The notes: a model not told the origin generated them from the letters alone. 18,921 nucleotides of DNA from Candidatus Rokuibacteriota bacterium (GCA_044866005.1 JBIOTN010000242.1:1-18921), one strand, 5' to 3'; positions 7,344 to 18,498 are shown, numbered from the stretch's first letter. Numbers and translations are program-made.

Positions 7344-8192
7344 ATGCGGACGCTGCGCCACTTCCTGGACGCCATCAGGGTCGAGCACACGGTCTTCGCG
7401 CTCCCCTTCGCCTACCTCGGCATGGTGCTCGCCGCGCGCGGCTGGCCCGGATGGCACGCCTTCCTCTGGATCACCGTCGCCATGGTCGGCGCGCGGACGA
7501 CGGCGATGGCCGCGAACCGCCTGATCGACCGCCACGTGGACGCCCGGAACCCGCGGACGGCGGACCGGCACCTGCCGCGGGGGCTCCTCACGCCCCGCGC
7601 CCTCGCCGTCGCCGCGGCCGCCGCCGCGCTCGTCTTCCTCGTCGCCGCGTGGCAGCTCGGCCCGCTCCCCTTCGCCCTCGCCCCGCTGGCCCTCGTCTTC
7701 CTGGTGGGCTACTCGTACACGAAGTACTTCACGTGGGCCTCCCACTGGATCCTCGGCTTCACGGACGGCGCCGCGGCGGCCGGGGCCTGGATCGCGGTCC
7801 GCGGGCGGATGGACCCGCCGGCCTGGCTCCTCTGGCTCGCCGTCACGGTGTGGATCGCCGGCTTCGATCTCCTCTACGCCTGCCAGGACGTCGAGTTCGA
7901 CCGGCGGGAGCGCCTCCACGCGGTCCCCGCGCGCTTCGGGATCCCGGCAGCGCTCCGCCTGGCGCGTGGCTGCCACGCGCTCACGGCCGCCGCGCTCGCC
8001 GCGGTCGGCTGGACGCTCGGCCTCGGGCTCGCCTACTGGGCGGGCTGGCTCGTCGTCGTCGGGCTCCTCGCCTACGAGCACTCGCTCGTGTCGGCGGACG
8101 ACCTCTCGCGTCTCGACGTGGCCTTCTTCAACGTGAATGGCTACATCAGCGTGATCACCTTCGTCGCGGCGCTGGCTGGCCTGTGGTACTGA
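7344..8192 (+). CDS. ubiA: UbiA-family polyprenyltransferase (MqnP-like)
   Basis: EHTVFALPFAY, ARTTAMAANRLIDRHVDARNPRTADRHLP, YSYTKYFT, GFDLLYACQDVEFDR, AFFNVNG. Confidence 0.95.
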   Translation: MRTLRHFLDAIRVEHTVFALPFAYLGMVLAARGWPGWHAFLWITVAMVGARTTAMAANRLIDRHVDARNPRTADRHLPRGLLTPRALAVAAAAAALVFLVAAWQLGPLPFALAPLALVFLVGYSYTKYFTWASHWILGFTDGAAAAGAWIAVRGRMDPPAWLLWLAVTVWIAGFDLLYACQDVEFDRRERLHAVPARFGIPAALRLARGCHALTAAALAAVGWTLGLGLAYWAGWLVVVGLLAYEHSLVSADDLSRLDVAFFNVNGYISVITFVAALAGLWY

Positions 8193-8908
8193 CCGCTCCT
8201 CCGCAGCCGCCCGCGGGGAAGGCCGAGCGGGTGCGGGCCATGTTCGCCCGCATCGCCCCGCGCTACGACCTCATGAACGCGCTGATGACGGCGGGGCGGG
8301 ACCAGGCCTGGCGCCGCGTCGCCGCCCGCCTCGGCGCCCCGGCGCCCGGCGGCCTCGTCCTGGACCTCGCGACGGGGACGGCCGACCTCGCCCTCGCCGT
8401 CCTCGGGGAGACCCCGGCCCGCGCGGTGGTCGGCGTGGACTTCGTCGAGGCGATGCTCCACCTGGCGCGGGCGAAGCTCGAGGCGCGCGGCGAGCGTCGG
8501 GTGCGCCTCGCCGCGGGGGACGCCCTGGCGCTGCCGTTCCGCGACCGGGCCTTCGCCGGCGTCGTCTCGGCCTTTCTCCTGCGGAACCTCGCCGACCTCC
8601 CGGCCGGCCTCGCCGAGATGCGGCGCGTGACGGCGCCCGGCGGCCGGGTCGTCGCGCTCGAGATCACGCAGCCGGCGCTCCCGGTCTGGCGCGACGCCTT
8701 CCGGCTCTACTTCCACCGCGTCGTGCCCGCGCTCGGCGGGCTCGTCAGCGGCGACCGCGCGGCCTACACGTACCTCCCGGACTCGGTCGACCGCTTCGTC
8801 ACTCCCGCCGAGCTCGCGCGCCTCATGGCGGAGGTCGGCCTCGTGGACGTGCGGGTGCGGCGGCTCGGTCTCGGCACGGTCACGATCCACGTCGGGCGGG
8901 CCACGTAG
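8183..8908 (+). CDS. menG: UbiE/MenG-family demethylmenaquinone methyltransferase
   Basis: KAERVRAMFARIAPRYDLMNALMTAGRDQAWRR, VLDLATGTADLA, GDALALPF, EMRRVTAPGGR, AYTYLPDSVDRF. The GTG start at 8183 overlaps the ubiA stop; an alternative start is ATG 8240. Confidence 0.93.
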   Translation: MVLTAPPQPPAGKAERVRAMFARIAPRYDLMNALMTAGRDQAWRRVAARLGAPAPGGLVLDLATGTADLALAVLGETPARAVVGVDFVEAMLHLARAKLEARGERRVRLAAGDALALPFRDRAFAGVVSAFLLRNLADLPAGLAEMRRVTAPGGRVVALEITQPALPVWRDAFRLYFHRVVPALGGLVSGDRAAYTYLPDSVDRFVTPAELARLMAEVGLVDVRVRRLGLGTVTIHVGRAT

Positions 8909-8947
8909 GCGCCCGACCCATCCCACACACAGACGGAGGAGGCTCCG

Positions 8948-9736
8948 GTGCGCGCGAACACGGTGCGAGCGATCTGGGAGCGCGGCGGCACGGTGGTGAA
9001 CGGGTGGCTCTCGATCCCGAGCGCGTTCTCCGCCGAGGTGATGGCGCACCAGGGGTTCGACTCCCTCACCGTGGACATGCAGCACGGGGTCGTGGACTAC
9101 CAGACGGCGGTCACGATGCTCCAGGCGATCTCGACGACGCCCACCATCCCGTTCGCCCGCGTCCCCTGGAACGACCCCGCGCTCCTCATGAAGATCCTGG
9201 ACGCCGGCGTCTACGGCGTGATCTGCCCGATGATCAACACGCGCGAGCAGGCCGAGGCGCTGGTCCGCGCCTGCAAGTACCCGCCGCGCGGCTACCGGAG
9301 CTGGGGCCCCGTCCGCGCCTCGATCTACGCCGGCACGGACTACGGCGACCACGCCAACGAGGACCTGGTCGTCATGCCCATGATCGAGACGGCCGAGGCG
9401 CTGGAGAACCTCGACGCCATCCTGAGCGTGCCCGGCGTGGACGCGGTCTACGTCGGCCCCTCGGACCTCAGCCTCGCCCTCGGCTGCAAGCCGCGGCTCG
9501 ACCAGACCGACGCCCCCGTCGTGGAGGCGCAGCAGAAGATCGCGGCGGCCTGCAAGCGGCACGGGGTCGTCGCGGGGATCCACAACAACACCGGCGCCTA
9601 CGCGCTCCGGATGATGGCCGAGGGCTACCGCTTCCTCACCCTCGCGAGCGACAGCCGCTTCCTCGCCGCGAAGGCGGGCGAAGAGGTCGCGAGCGTGAAG
9701 AAGACCGTCGCGGCGGGGAAGCTCCCGGCCTACTGA
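8948..9736 (+). CDS. HpcH/HpaI-family class II (metal-dependent) pyruvate aldolase
   Basis: GFDSLTVDMQHG, KILDAGVYGVICPMINT, CKYPPRGYRSWG, MIETAEALENLDAILSVPGVDAVYVGPSDLS; SD GGAGGAGG. Confidence 0.93.
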   Translation: MRANTVRAIWERGGTVVNGWLSIPSAFSAEVMAHQGFDSLTVDMQHGVVDYQTAVTMLQAISTTPTIPFARVPWNDPALLMKILDAGVYGVICPMINTREQAEALVRACKYPPRGYRSWGPVRASIYAGTDYGDHANEDLVVMPMIETAEALENLDAILSVPGVDAVYVGPSDLSLALGCKPRLDQTDAPVVEAQQKIAAACKRHGVVAGIHNNTGAYALRMMAEGYRFLTLASDSRFLAAKAGEEVASVKKTVAAGKLPAY

Positions 9737-9770
9737 GCCTCGCTGACCGGCGGCGCAGCGGCGAGGTGCG

Positions 9771-11048
9771 TCAGGCGCCGCCGTCGCCGAAGAGGAGCGC
9801 GCGGACCGCGTCGGGCGAGCCCACGAGCGCGGCCAGCCGGTCGAGCGAGGCATCCACGGCCGCGGCGAACGCCTCGGCCCCGCCGAAGCGGGCGAGCGTC
9901 TCCGGCGGCACGAACTTCACGAGGATCGCCGAGATGCCGGGCGGCAGCCCCGCGAAGTGGACGGTCAGCACGCCGTGGTCGCGGAGAAGCAGCATGGCGA
10001 GCGCGGCCGTCGCCTCGATCGGCACGAGGGGCGAGGTCCGCACCCCTGCCCGCTCGCACGCCAGCTCGAGCACGTCCTCGCCCAGGAGCTGCGCCGTGAC
10101 CGGCGTCTCGGTGAGCCGCCGGCCGAGCCGCGCCCGCAGGGCCGCCGCGACCGTCGTCGTCGTCGCGACGAGCTGGCGGACGCGCGTCGGGTCGTAGCGC
10201 TCGAGCGAGCGGACCGCGGCGGGGTAGAAGAGGGGCCGCGCGTCGAGACCGAGCTCCACCGCGCGGGCGCGGATCTCCCCCACCAGCGCCCGCTCCCCCG
10301 CGAGGAGCCCGAGCCGCGGCCCGGCCGTCCCGTACTTGTCGAGCCCGGTCACCCCCACGTCCACGCCCAGCTCGAGCATCCGCGGCTGGCCGAAGACGGC
10401 CGGCCCGACGCGCGCCCCGCCCGCGTCGTCCGCGTAGAGGCGGGCGCCGCGCGCGCGGGCCAGCGCCACGACGCGCGCGAGCGCCTCGGCCGGGAGCATC
10501 TCGTAGGTGACGGCCAGGCGCGTCAGCACGACGAGCGCGACGCGCTCGGCCTCCTCGAGCGCGGCGGCGAAGGCATCGACCCCGGCCGTGTCCACGAAGC
10601 GCGCGCCGGCCAGCGCGGCGGCGCGGACGACCGTCGGGTGGCTGTAGCTCGCCGAGACGCCGAGCACGGTGTCCCCGGGCCGGACCAGCACGAGGTGGGT
10701 GGCGACGCTCGCCGCCGTCGTCCGGTTCGTCAGGAGGACGTCGTGGCGCGCGGGCGTCCCGCCGAAGTGCTCGAGCGCCAGCGACGTCAGCCGCTCGCCG
10801 TAGAGCGCCGGCGCCAGCTCGTCGTCGAGGAACGGCGCGTCGCTCGGCTCGACGTGGAGGCCGCGCTCGAGCCCGGTGAAGTTGTGGACGCTCTCGGGCC
10901 CGTCCTTCCGGATGCGCGCCTCGAGGAGCCGCCAGGCGTGGCGGAGCTTCGCCAGGTCGTCCTGGGTGTTGCGGACGATCGTGCCGCGGGCGTAGGGGAG
11001 CCCGGGGGCGAGCGGGTGGCCGAAGCGGTCGCGCGCCGGTGCGGTCAT
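9771..11048 (-). CDS. PLP-dependent fold-type I enzyme, SelA-related / MJ0158 (UPF0425)-like, 425 aa
   Basis: NFTGLERG, NRTTAA, SHPTVVRAAALAGA, YADDAGGAR...QPRMLELGVDVGVTGLDKYGTAGPRLGLLAG (predicted PLP lysine in LDKY). The start is set at MTAPARDRFG because the ORF-track extension runs through a promoter and repeats. Confidence 0.82.
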   Translation of the reverse strand: MTAPARDRFGHPLAPGLPYARGTIVRNTQDDLAKLRHAWRLLEARIRKDGPESVHNFTGLERGLHVEPSDAPFLDDELAPALYGERLTSLALEHFGGTPARHDVLLTNRTTAASVATHLVLVRPGDTVLGVSASYSHPTVVRAAALAGARFVDTAGVDAFAAALEEAERVALVVLTRLAVTYEMLPAEALARVVALARARGARLYADDAGGARVGPAVFGQPRMLELGVDVGVTGLDKYGTAGPRLGLLAGERALVGEIRARAVELGLDARPLFYPAAVRSLERYDPTRVRQLVATTTTVAAALRARLGRRLTETPVTAQLLGEDVLELACERAGVRTSPLVPIEATAALAMLLLRDHGVLTVHFAGLPPGISAILVKFVPPETLARFGGAEAFAAAVDASLDRLAALVGSPDAVRALLFGDGGA

Positions 11049-11054
11049 GCGCGC

Positions 11055-11084
11055 ACCTTGCCACGCGCCCCCCGACGCTGTCAA
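11055..11084 (-). promoter_or_regulatory. Putative leaderless sigma70 promoter of the PLP-enzyme gene
   Basis: TTGACA-18 nt (ending TGG)-CAAGGT-6 nt-ATG; no SD sequence. Confidence 0.5.
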
Positions 11085-11180
11085 CGCGCCCGGCTCCCGC
11101 TCCCGCCGCGGCTCCGCGGTCCGGACGCCGTCGGTAAACCGCGCGTCGTCCGTTCGCCCAACCGCAACGTCACAGGGTTC

Positions 11181-11337
11181 CACTCCGAGCGCCGGCTTTG
11201 CCGGCGCAATCGGTCCGAGGGGGAGGCATCGGAGGGGGCCGTCGAGGCCCCTTCCGACGAGCACTCCGAGCGCCGGCTCCGCCGGCGCAACGATCCGGGG
11301 GGGGAATCCGGGGGGGTCTTCCGAGACCCCCCCCGGA
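11181..11337. repeat. Tandem composite REP-like palindromic repeats (two units, 81-bp period)
   Basis: The 29-mer CACTCCGAGCGCCGGCTYYGCCGGCGCAA occurs at 11181 and 11262. Each copy is followed by a G-rich linker and a hairpin (TCGGAGGGGGCC-GTCGA-GGCCCCTTCCGA in the first unit, a G-run/C-run hairpin around TCTTCCGAGA in the second). Confidence 0.8.
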
Positions 11338-11340
11338 GAA

Positions 11341-12921
11341 TCAGGCCTCCAGCCAGGTGCGCTTGAAGGCGATCCGGCGGCCCGTGTAGGACTGGAAGTA
11401 GCCCTTCACCTCGTTCCGCACCGCCTCGATGTTGTTCCCGGTGTACCAGATGAGCTGGGGCGCCTCGTCGAGCAGGATCTGCTGGGCCTGGAAGTAGAGC
11501 CGCTTCCGCTCCTCCCGGTCGGTCGAGGCCATGGCCTTCTCCAGCAGCGCGTCGAGGTCCGCGTTCTTGAAGTCCTGGTTGGAGGGCGACTTCGAGTGCC
11601 ACCAGTTGTAGAGGTAGTGGTGGGGGTCGGGATAGAAGGTCCACGCCGTGACCTTCATGTCGTAGTCCATCGGCCGCTGCGTGAAGGTCTCCTTGATGAA
11701 CTGGCCCCACTCGAGCTGGATGATCTTCGCGTTGACGCCGATCCGCTTGAGCTGGCTCTGGAGGACGATGGAGGCGTTGACGAACTCCGGGTACTGCGGC
11801 GAGGCCTTGATGGTCGTCTCGAACCCGTTCGGGTATCCCGCCTCGGCGAGGAGCTGCTTGGCCCGCGCGACGTCCGGCCGGTACGGGAGCCGGTCCACCG
11901 GGATCCACCAGTCCGTGTGGCCGGTGGGGACGGGGCCCGAGAGCGAGCCCTCGCCGAAGACCGCCTTCTGGAGCACCTCCTGGCGATCGACGGCGAGCGA
12001 CAGGGCCTGGCGGACGCGCTTGTCGCTGAACGGCTTGCGCGAGGAGTTCATGACGTGGATCACGAGCCAGGCCTTCGGGCTGCGCAGCACGGTCACGTTC
12101 CGATCGTCCTTGAGCCGCGCGGCGCCCTCGCCCGTGAGGTAGGCGTAGTGGACCTGGCCGGCCCGGAGCGCCGCGATCCGGGCGTCCTCCTCCACCATGA
12201 CCTTGAAGGTCATCTCGTTGACGTGGGGGCGTCCCTTTTCCCAGTATTTCTCGTTCCGCGTGTAGTGGACGTGGTCGTAGGGCACGAAGCGCGAGAGCTT
12301 GAAGGGTCCCGTCCCGACCGCGCGGGCCCCCAGGTCCTTCCGCTCCGCGGCGAGCGCCCGCGGGATGATCGCGGAGCCCCGGAGGGCGGCGAACGAGGCC
12401 AGCAGCGGGCCGAAGGGGTTCTTCAGCGTCATCCGGACCGTGTGGCGGTCCACCGCCTTCACCTGGTCGATCGCCACGTACCAGCCCTTGTACGGCGCGG
12501 CCGTCGCCGGGTCCGACATCCGCTCCCACCACGCGACGACGTCCTCCGCGGTGAACTCCGAGCCGTCGTGCCAGCTCACGCCCTTCCGCAGGCTGAAGAG
12601 GTAGGTGACCGGGTCGGGCGTCTTCCAGGACTCGGCGAGGGCGGGCAGCACGTTCATCCGGTCGTCGTACTGGGTCAGGCTCTCGACGATGTGCTCGACC
12701 CCCTGGACCGACGAGTAGTTCGAGGTCTTGTGGTTGTCGAGGCTGATCGGGTCGAGCTCCTGGGCCACCACGAGGTGACCGCCGGCGCGGGGCGTCCCCT
12801 GGGCGACGGCGGGGCGACGGGCGGCGAGCACGACCGCGCCCGTCGCGCCGAGGGCGAGCAGTTGCCGGCGGGTGAGCCCCCGCGCCTGCTCGTTGACCGA
12901 CTGCCGGAGCTTCGCGTCCAT
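11341..12921 (-). CDS. ABC transporter substrate-binding protein, family 5 (DppA/OppA-like), Tat-exported
   Basis: TRRQLL Tat motif; LPALAESW, LRKGVSWHDGSEFTAEDV, VGTGPFKL, PFSDKRVRQALSLAVDR. Confidence 0.95.
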   Translation of the reverse strand: MDAKLRQSVNEQARGLTRRQLLALGATGAVVLAARRPAVAQGTPRAGGHLVVAQELDPISLDNHKTSNYSSVQGVEHIVESLTQYDDRMNVLPALAESWKTPDPVTYLFSLRKGVSWHDGSEFTAEDVVAWWERMSDPATAAPYKGWYVAIDQVKAVDRHTVRMTLKNPFGPLLASFAALRGSAIIPRALAAERKDLGARAVGTGPFKLSRFVPYDHVHYTRNEKYWEKGRPHVNEMTFKVMVEEDARIAALRAGQVHYAYLTGEGAARLKDDRNVTVLRSPKAWLVIHVMNSSRKPFSDKRVRQALSLAVDRQEVLQKAVFGEGSLSGPVPTGHTDWWIPVDRLPYRPDVARAKQLLAEAGYPNGFETTIKASPQYPEFVNASIVLQSQLKRIGVNAKIIQLEWGQFIKETFTQRPMDYDMKVTAWTFYPDPHHYLYNWWHSKSPSNQDFKNADLDALLEKAMASTDREERKRLYFQAQQILLDEAPQLIWYTGNNIEAVRNEVKGYFQSYTGRRIAFKRTWLEA

Positions 12922-12946
12922 GGCCGACCTCCCGAGTGACGCCGGG

Positions 12947-13849
12947 CTAGGGCCGGAGGCGCGGGTCCAGGACGTCCCGCAGCCCGTCGCCCAGCAGGTT
13001 GAAGCCGAGGACCAGCAGCATGACGGCCGCGCCCGGGAAGATGGCGACCCAGGGCGCCAGCTCCATGTACTTCCGCCCCGTCCCCAGCATCGTCCCCCAC
13101 GAGGGGTCCGGGGGCTGGATGCCGAGGCCGAGGAAGGAGAGCGTCGCCTCCGCCAGGATGGCGGTGGAGAGGGCGAGCGTCGTCTGGACGATGAGCGGCG
13201 CGGCGACGTTCGGCAGGACGTGGAGCCCGATGACGCGGGCGGCCCCCGCCCCCGACGCGCGCGCGGCCTCGACGTACTCGCGGCCGGCCACCACCAGGAC
13301 GGGACCGCGCGCGATCCGGGCGAAGGTCGGCAGGTAGACGAGCCCGATGGCGATCATGGCGTGGTTCAGCCCCGGGCCGAGGACCCCCGTGAGCGTGATC
13401 GCCAGGATGATCGGCGGGATGGAGAACATGACGTCCACCAGCCGCATCAGCAGGATGTCGAGCCGGCCGCCGACGTAGCCGCACGCCAGGCCCATGGTCG
13501 CGCCGCCCGCGACGGCGATGCCGACGGAGACCACGCCGACCCAGAGCGAGATCCGCGCGCCGTAGACGATGCGCGAGAGGATGTCGCGGCCGAACTCGTC
13601 CGTCCCCATGGGATACGCCCGCTGCGGCGGCGTGAGGCGCCGGGCGATCTGGTCGTCCGGGGCGTAGGGCGCCAGCGCGGGGGCGAGCGCCGCGAGGGCG
13701 AGGAAGCCCCCCACGACCAGCGCGCCGGCGACGCTGAGCGGGCTTCGCCGGACCGCGCCGACGTTGAGCCGCCAGGTCGACCCGCCTCTCAGGGCGCGGG
13801 CGGGGAGCGCCGCCGGCGGGGCCCGCTCGGTGCCCGCGACCTCGGCCAT
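12947..13849 (-). CDS. ABC transporter permease, DppC/OppC-like
   Basis: PMGTDEFGRDILSRIVYGARISL, EAA motif REYVEAARASGA, HVLPN, EATLSFLGLGIQPPDPSWGTML. Confidence 0.95.
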   Translation of the reverse strand: MAEVAGTERAPPAALPARALRGGSTWRLNVGAVRRSPLSVAGALVVGGFLALAALAPALAPYAPDDQIARRLTPPQRAYPMGTDEFGRDILSRIVYGARISLWVGVVSVGIAVAGGATMGLACGYVGGRLDILLMRLVDVMFSIPPIILAITLTGVLGPGLNHAMIAIGLVYLPTFARIARGPVLVVAGREYVEAARASGAGAARVIGLHVLPNVAAPLIVQTTLALSTAILAEATLSFLGLGIQPPDPSWGTMLGTGRKYMELAPWVAIFPGAAVMLLVLGFNLLGDGLRDVLDPRLRP

Positions 13850-13850
13850 C

Positions 13851-14807
13851 TCAGTCGCCGCCGTAGCGGACGCGGGGGTCGAGCGCGCCGTAGAGGAGGT
13901 CCACCGCGAGGTTCACGAGGATGAAGAAGAGGGCGACGAAGACCACCGTGCCCTGCACCACCGGATAGTCACGCTGGTAGATGGCGTTGAGCAGCATGAA
14001 GCCCAGTCCCGGCAGCCCGAAGATCTGCTCCACGACGACCGAGCCGCCGAGGAGGTACCCGAACTGCACGCCGACGATCGTGACGACCGGAATGAGGGCG
14101 TTCTTGAGCGCGTGGCGCAGGACGATCGCCCACTCCGTGGCGCCCTTGGCCCGCGCCGTCTGGATGTAGTCCTGCCCGAGCACCTCGAGCATCGAGGAGC
14201 GCGTCATCCGCATCACGACGGCCACGAGCGACAGCCCGAGGGCCAGGGTGGGGAAGGCCATCTGCCTGAGGTTCTGCGCCGGGTCCTCCCAGAACGGCAC
14301 GTACACGACGGGGGGCAGCCAGTGGAGGAACGACGCGCCGGCGAGGATGAGGAGGGCCGCCAGCCAGAAGACCGGCATGGAGAGCCCGACGAGGCCGAAC
14401 AGCCGCGCCGCCGAGTCCACGAACCGGTTCCGGAAGATCGCGGAGAGGAGGCCGAGCGGGACCGCGAGCAGCAGCGAGAAGAGGACGGCGAGGAGCGCCA
14501 GCTCCACGGTCACCGGCAGCCGCTGAGCGAGGGCGTCGCGCACGGGCTGGCTCGTCCGGAGCGACACGCCGAGGTCGAGACGCGCGAGGTCGCCGAGCCA
14601 GCGGAGGTACTGGACGTGCACGGGCGCGTCGAGTCCGAGCAGGCGGCGGAGCGTCGCCCGGGCCTCGCCGCCCAGCGTCCCTTCCAGGCCCATGAGCTGG
14701 TCGATCACGTCGCCCGGGAGCAGGCGCATCAGGACGAAGATGAGGAGCGTGGACCCGAGGAACATCGGGCCGATGAGGGCGAGGCGCTTCGCGAGGTAGA
14801 GGCGCAT
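13851..14807 (-). CDS. ABC transporter permease, DppB/OppB-like
   Basis: LGLDAPVHVQYLRWL...DLGVSL, TRSSMLEVLGQDYIQTARAKG, HALKNALIPVVT, DLLYGALDPRVRY. Confidence 0.95.
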   Translation of the reverse strand: MRLYLAKRLALIGPMFLGSTLLIFVLMRLLPGDVIDQLMGLEGTLGGEARATLRRLLGLDAPVHVQYLRWLGDLARLDLGVSLRTSQPVRDALAQRLPVTVELALLAVLFSLLLAVPLGLLSAIFRNRFVDSAARLFGLVGLSMPVFWLAALLILAGASFLHWLPPVVYVPFWEDPAQNLRQMAFPTLALGLSLVAVVMRMTRSSMLEVLGQDYIQTARAKGATEWAIVLRHALKNALIPVVTIVGVQFGYLLGGSVVVEQIFGLPGLGFMLLNAIYQRDYPVVQGTVVFVALFFILVNLAVDLLYGALDPRVRYGGD

Positions 14808-14914
14808 GGAGCCGGCCCCCGGGCGTGGCGCCAGCGTTGCCCAGAATCGCGGTGACTGTCAAGCCGTCCGCCCGGTTGGCGCGGTGGGCGCGGCGGGCGC
14901 GGGACCGCGCGCCG

Positions 14915-15466
14915 TCAGCCCGGGCCGGGCCGGCCGCGGGCCGGGCGGCGGTCCGCGTAGAGCCGACGGCTCCGCGCGATGATGGCGCGCGCCTCGGCCG
15001 GGCCGACGATCCGCTCGACCTCCACCCGCCTGGTCTCGAGCGCCTTGTAGTCCTCGAAGAAGCGCCTGACGAGCCGGAGCCGGTGCTCGGGCAGCTCCGC
15101 CACGTCGCGGTAGTCGCGGTACTCGGGATCGTCGGCGTGGACGGCGACGATCTTGTCGTCCTCGCGGGCCTGGTCGATCATCTGCATCGCGCCGATGGGC
15201 CGCGCCCGCACGAGGCAGAGCGGGACGACGGCGGCCTGGCCGAGCACCAGCACGTCGAGCGGATCGTCGTCGTCGCAGAGCGTCCGGGGCAGGAAGCCGT
15301 AGTTCGCCGGGTAGTGGACGGCGCTCATGAGCACCCGATCGACCCGGAGGAGCCCCGTCGCCTTGTCGAGCTCGTACTTGACGGTCGAGCCGGCCGGGAT
15401 CTCCACGACGCAGGTGACGAGGTCAGGGTCGTCCGCCCCGGGGTCGAGGTCGTGCCACGGGTGCAT
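14915..15466 (-). CDS. ppa: Inorganic pyrophosphatase, family I (183 aa)
   Basis: MHPWHD...[15 protein letters not shown]...DRVL...[24 protein letters not shown]...EDDKIVAV...FFEDYKALE; start at ATG 15466. Confidence 0.95.
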   Translation of the reverse strand: MHPWHDLDPGADDPDLVTCVVEIPAGSTVKYELDKATGLLRVDRVLMSAVHYPANYGFLPRTLCDDDDPLDVLVLGQAAVVPLCLVRARPIGAMQMIDQAREDDKIVAVHADDPEYRDYRDVAELPEHRLRLVRRFFEDYKALETRRVEVERIVGPAEARAIIARSRRLYADRRPARGRPGPG

Positions 15467-15582
15467 ACCTGCTTGTACCACAGGTCCCGGGCGCCGGCGG
15501 CGGCGTCCCCGGGGGGCCGCCGGGCCGCCGGCCTCTCGCCAAGTCCGCGCCCCGGCGCGCTTCTTCACGCGCGGCCGAAAAC

Positions 15583-15612
15583 TTGACAACGGCGGCGCCT
15601 CTGCCATTTACT
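15583..15612 (+). promoter_or_regulatory. Putative sigma70 promoter for the SPW-repeat gene
   Basis: TTGACA-18 nt-TTTACT, divergent from ppa. Confidence 0.5.
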
Positions 15613-15673
15613 CCTGTCCCAGGGAACGACCGACCCCGTCCCGGACAGGGGTCGCGAAAGGAGGTGACGCCTG

Positions 15674-16565
<892 letters not shown>

Positions 16566-16620
16566 AGGGGTGTCTTCGCGCGAGCCCGCGCTCGCGAGCT
16601 CTGGACTCGAAGGAGGGGCA

Positions 16621-18084
<1,464 letters not shown>

Positions 18085-18108
18085 GGCGTCGCGCACCGCT
18101 CGACTCTG

Positions 18109-18140
18109 CAGGCCGCCGGAGGCGAGCCTCCGGCGGCCTG
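18109..18140. terminator. Strong hairpin downstream of amtB
   Basis: CAGGCCGCCGGAGGC-GA-GCCTCCGGCGGCCTG, a perfect 15-bp inverted repeat with no U-tract. Confidence 0.55.
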
Positions 18141-18363
18141 AGCCGCCCCCCCCGGGGGCGCGCCACCGTACACCAGGGAGAAACGCCATGGCGGGAGTCC
18201 CAGGACCAGCGGGAGCGACGTCCACCGGACAGGGTGAGACCACCACTCTCAGGACTACGGCGCTGCCTTCCGGGGGCGTTCCGCGGGCCAGGAAAGGCTG
18301 GTGCCAGCCGGGAAGATTCCGTCGACCGGATTCGTCGTCGGCCGGCGTGACACAGTGGCCCCC

Positions 18364-18379
18364 TGGTATCCCTCTTGCT
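18364..18379 (+). promoter_or_regulatory. Putative sigma54 promoter upstream of the subtilase
   Basis: TGGTAT-CCCTC-TTGCT with correct GG-N10-GC spacing. Confidence 0.5.
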
Positions 18380-18425
18380 TGACTGGCTAGCCCGCGCGGT
18401 GCGCGATGGAAAATTGCCTTTCCGC

Positions 18426-18498
18426 CCGGGCAAACCCGTGTGTCAAACTGAGGGGCTTGCAGCGGACCTGGGGTCATAGCTGAACCGCCGAGTTCAGC
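18426..18498 (+). ncRNA. Degenerate c-di-GMP-I (GEMM)-like riboswitch leader
   Basis: GGGCAAACCCG...CAAACTGAGGGGCT...ATAGCTGAACCGCCGA resembles the 5', middle and 3' blocks of GEMM. The GAAA tetraloop and GACGCAAA segment are missing. Confidence 0.3.

Noticed and set aside
7112..8182. 598-aa ORF suggesting a long N-terminal extension of the methyltransferase
   Set aside because: The extension is an off-frame read of ubiA; homology begins at about 8183.
9771..11048. Selenocysteine synthesis locus (selA)
   Set aside because: The motifs differ from canonical SelA, and I saw no selB, selD, tRNA-Sec or UGA-readthrough candidate in the window.
11181..11290. CRISPR array from two 29-bp palindromic repeats
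   Set aside because: There are only two copies, the 52-bp spacer is itself a hairpin resembling the next flank, and no cas genes are present. REP-like is the better fit.
14833..14862. Promoter of the ABC operon (TTGACA on the minus strand at 14857-14862)
   Set aside because: The -35 is good but the -10 candidate (AACGCT) is weak, so it is not listed as a feature.
18188..18382. 64-aa ORF (MAGVPGPAGATSTGQ...) with GGGAGA upstream
   Set aside because: Atypical codon usage, no recognisable features, and it overlaps the putative sigma54 box.
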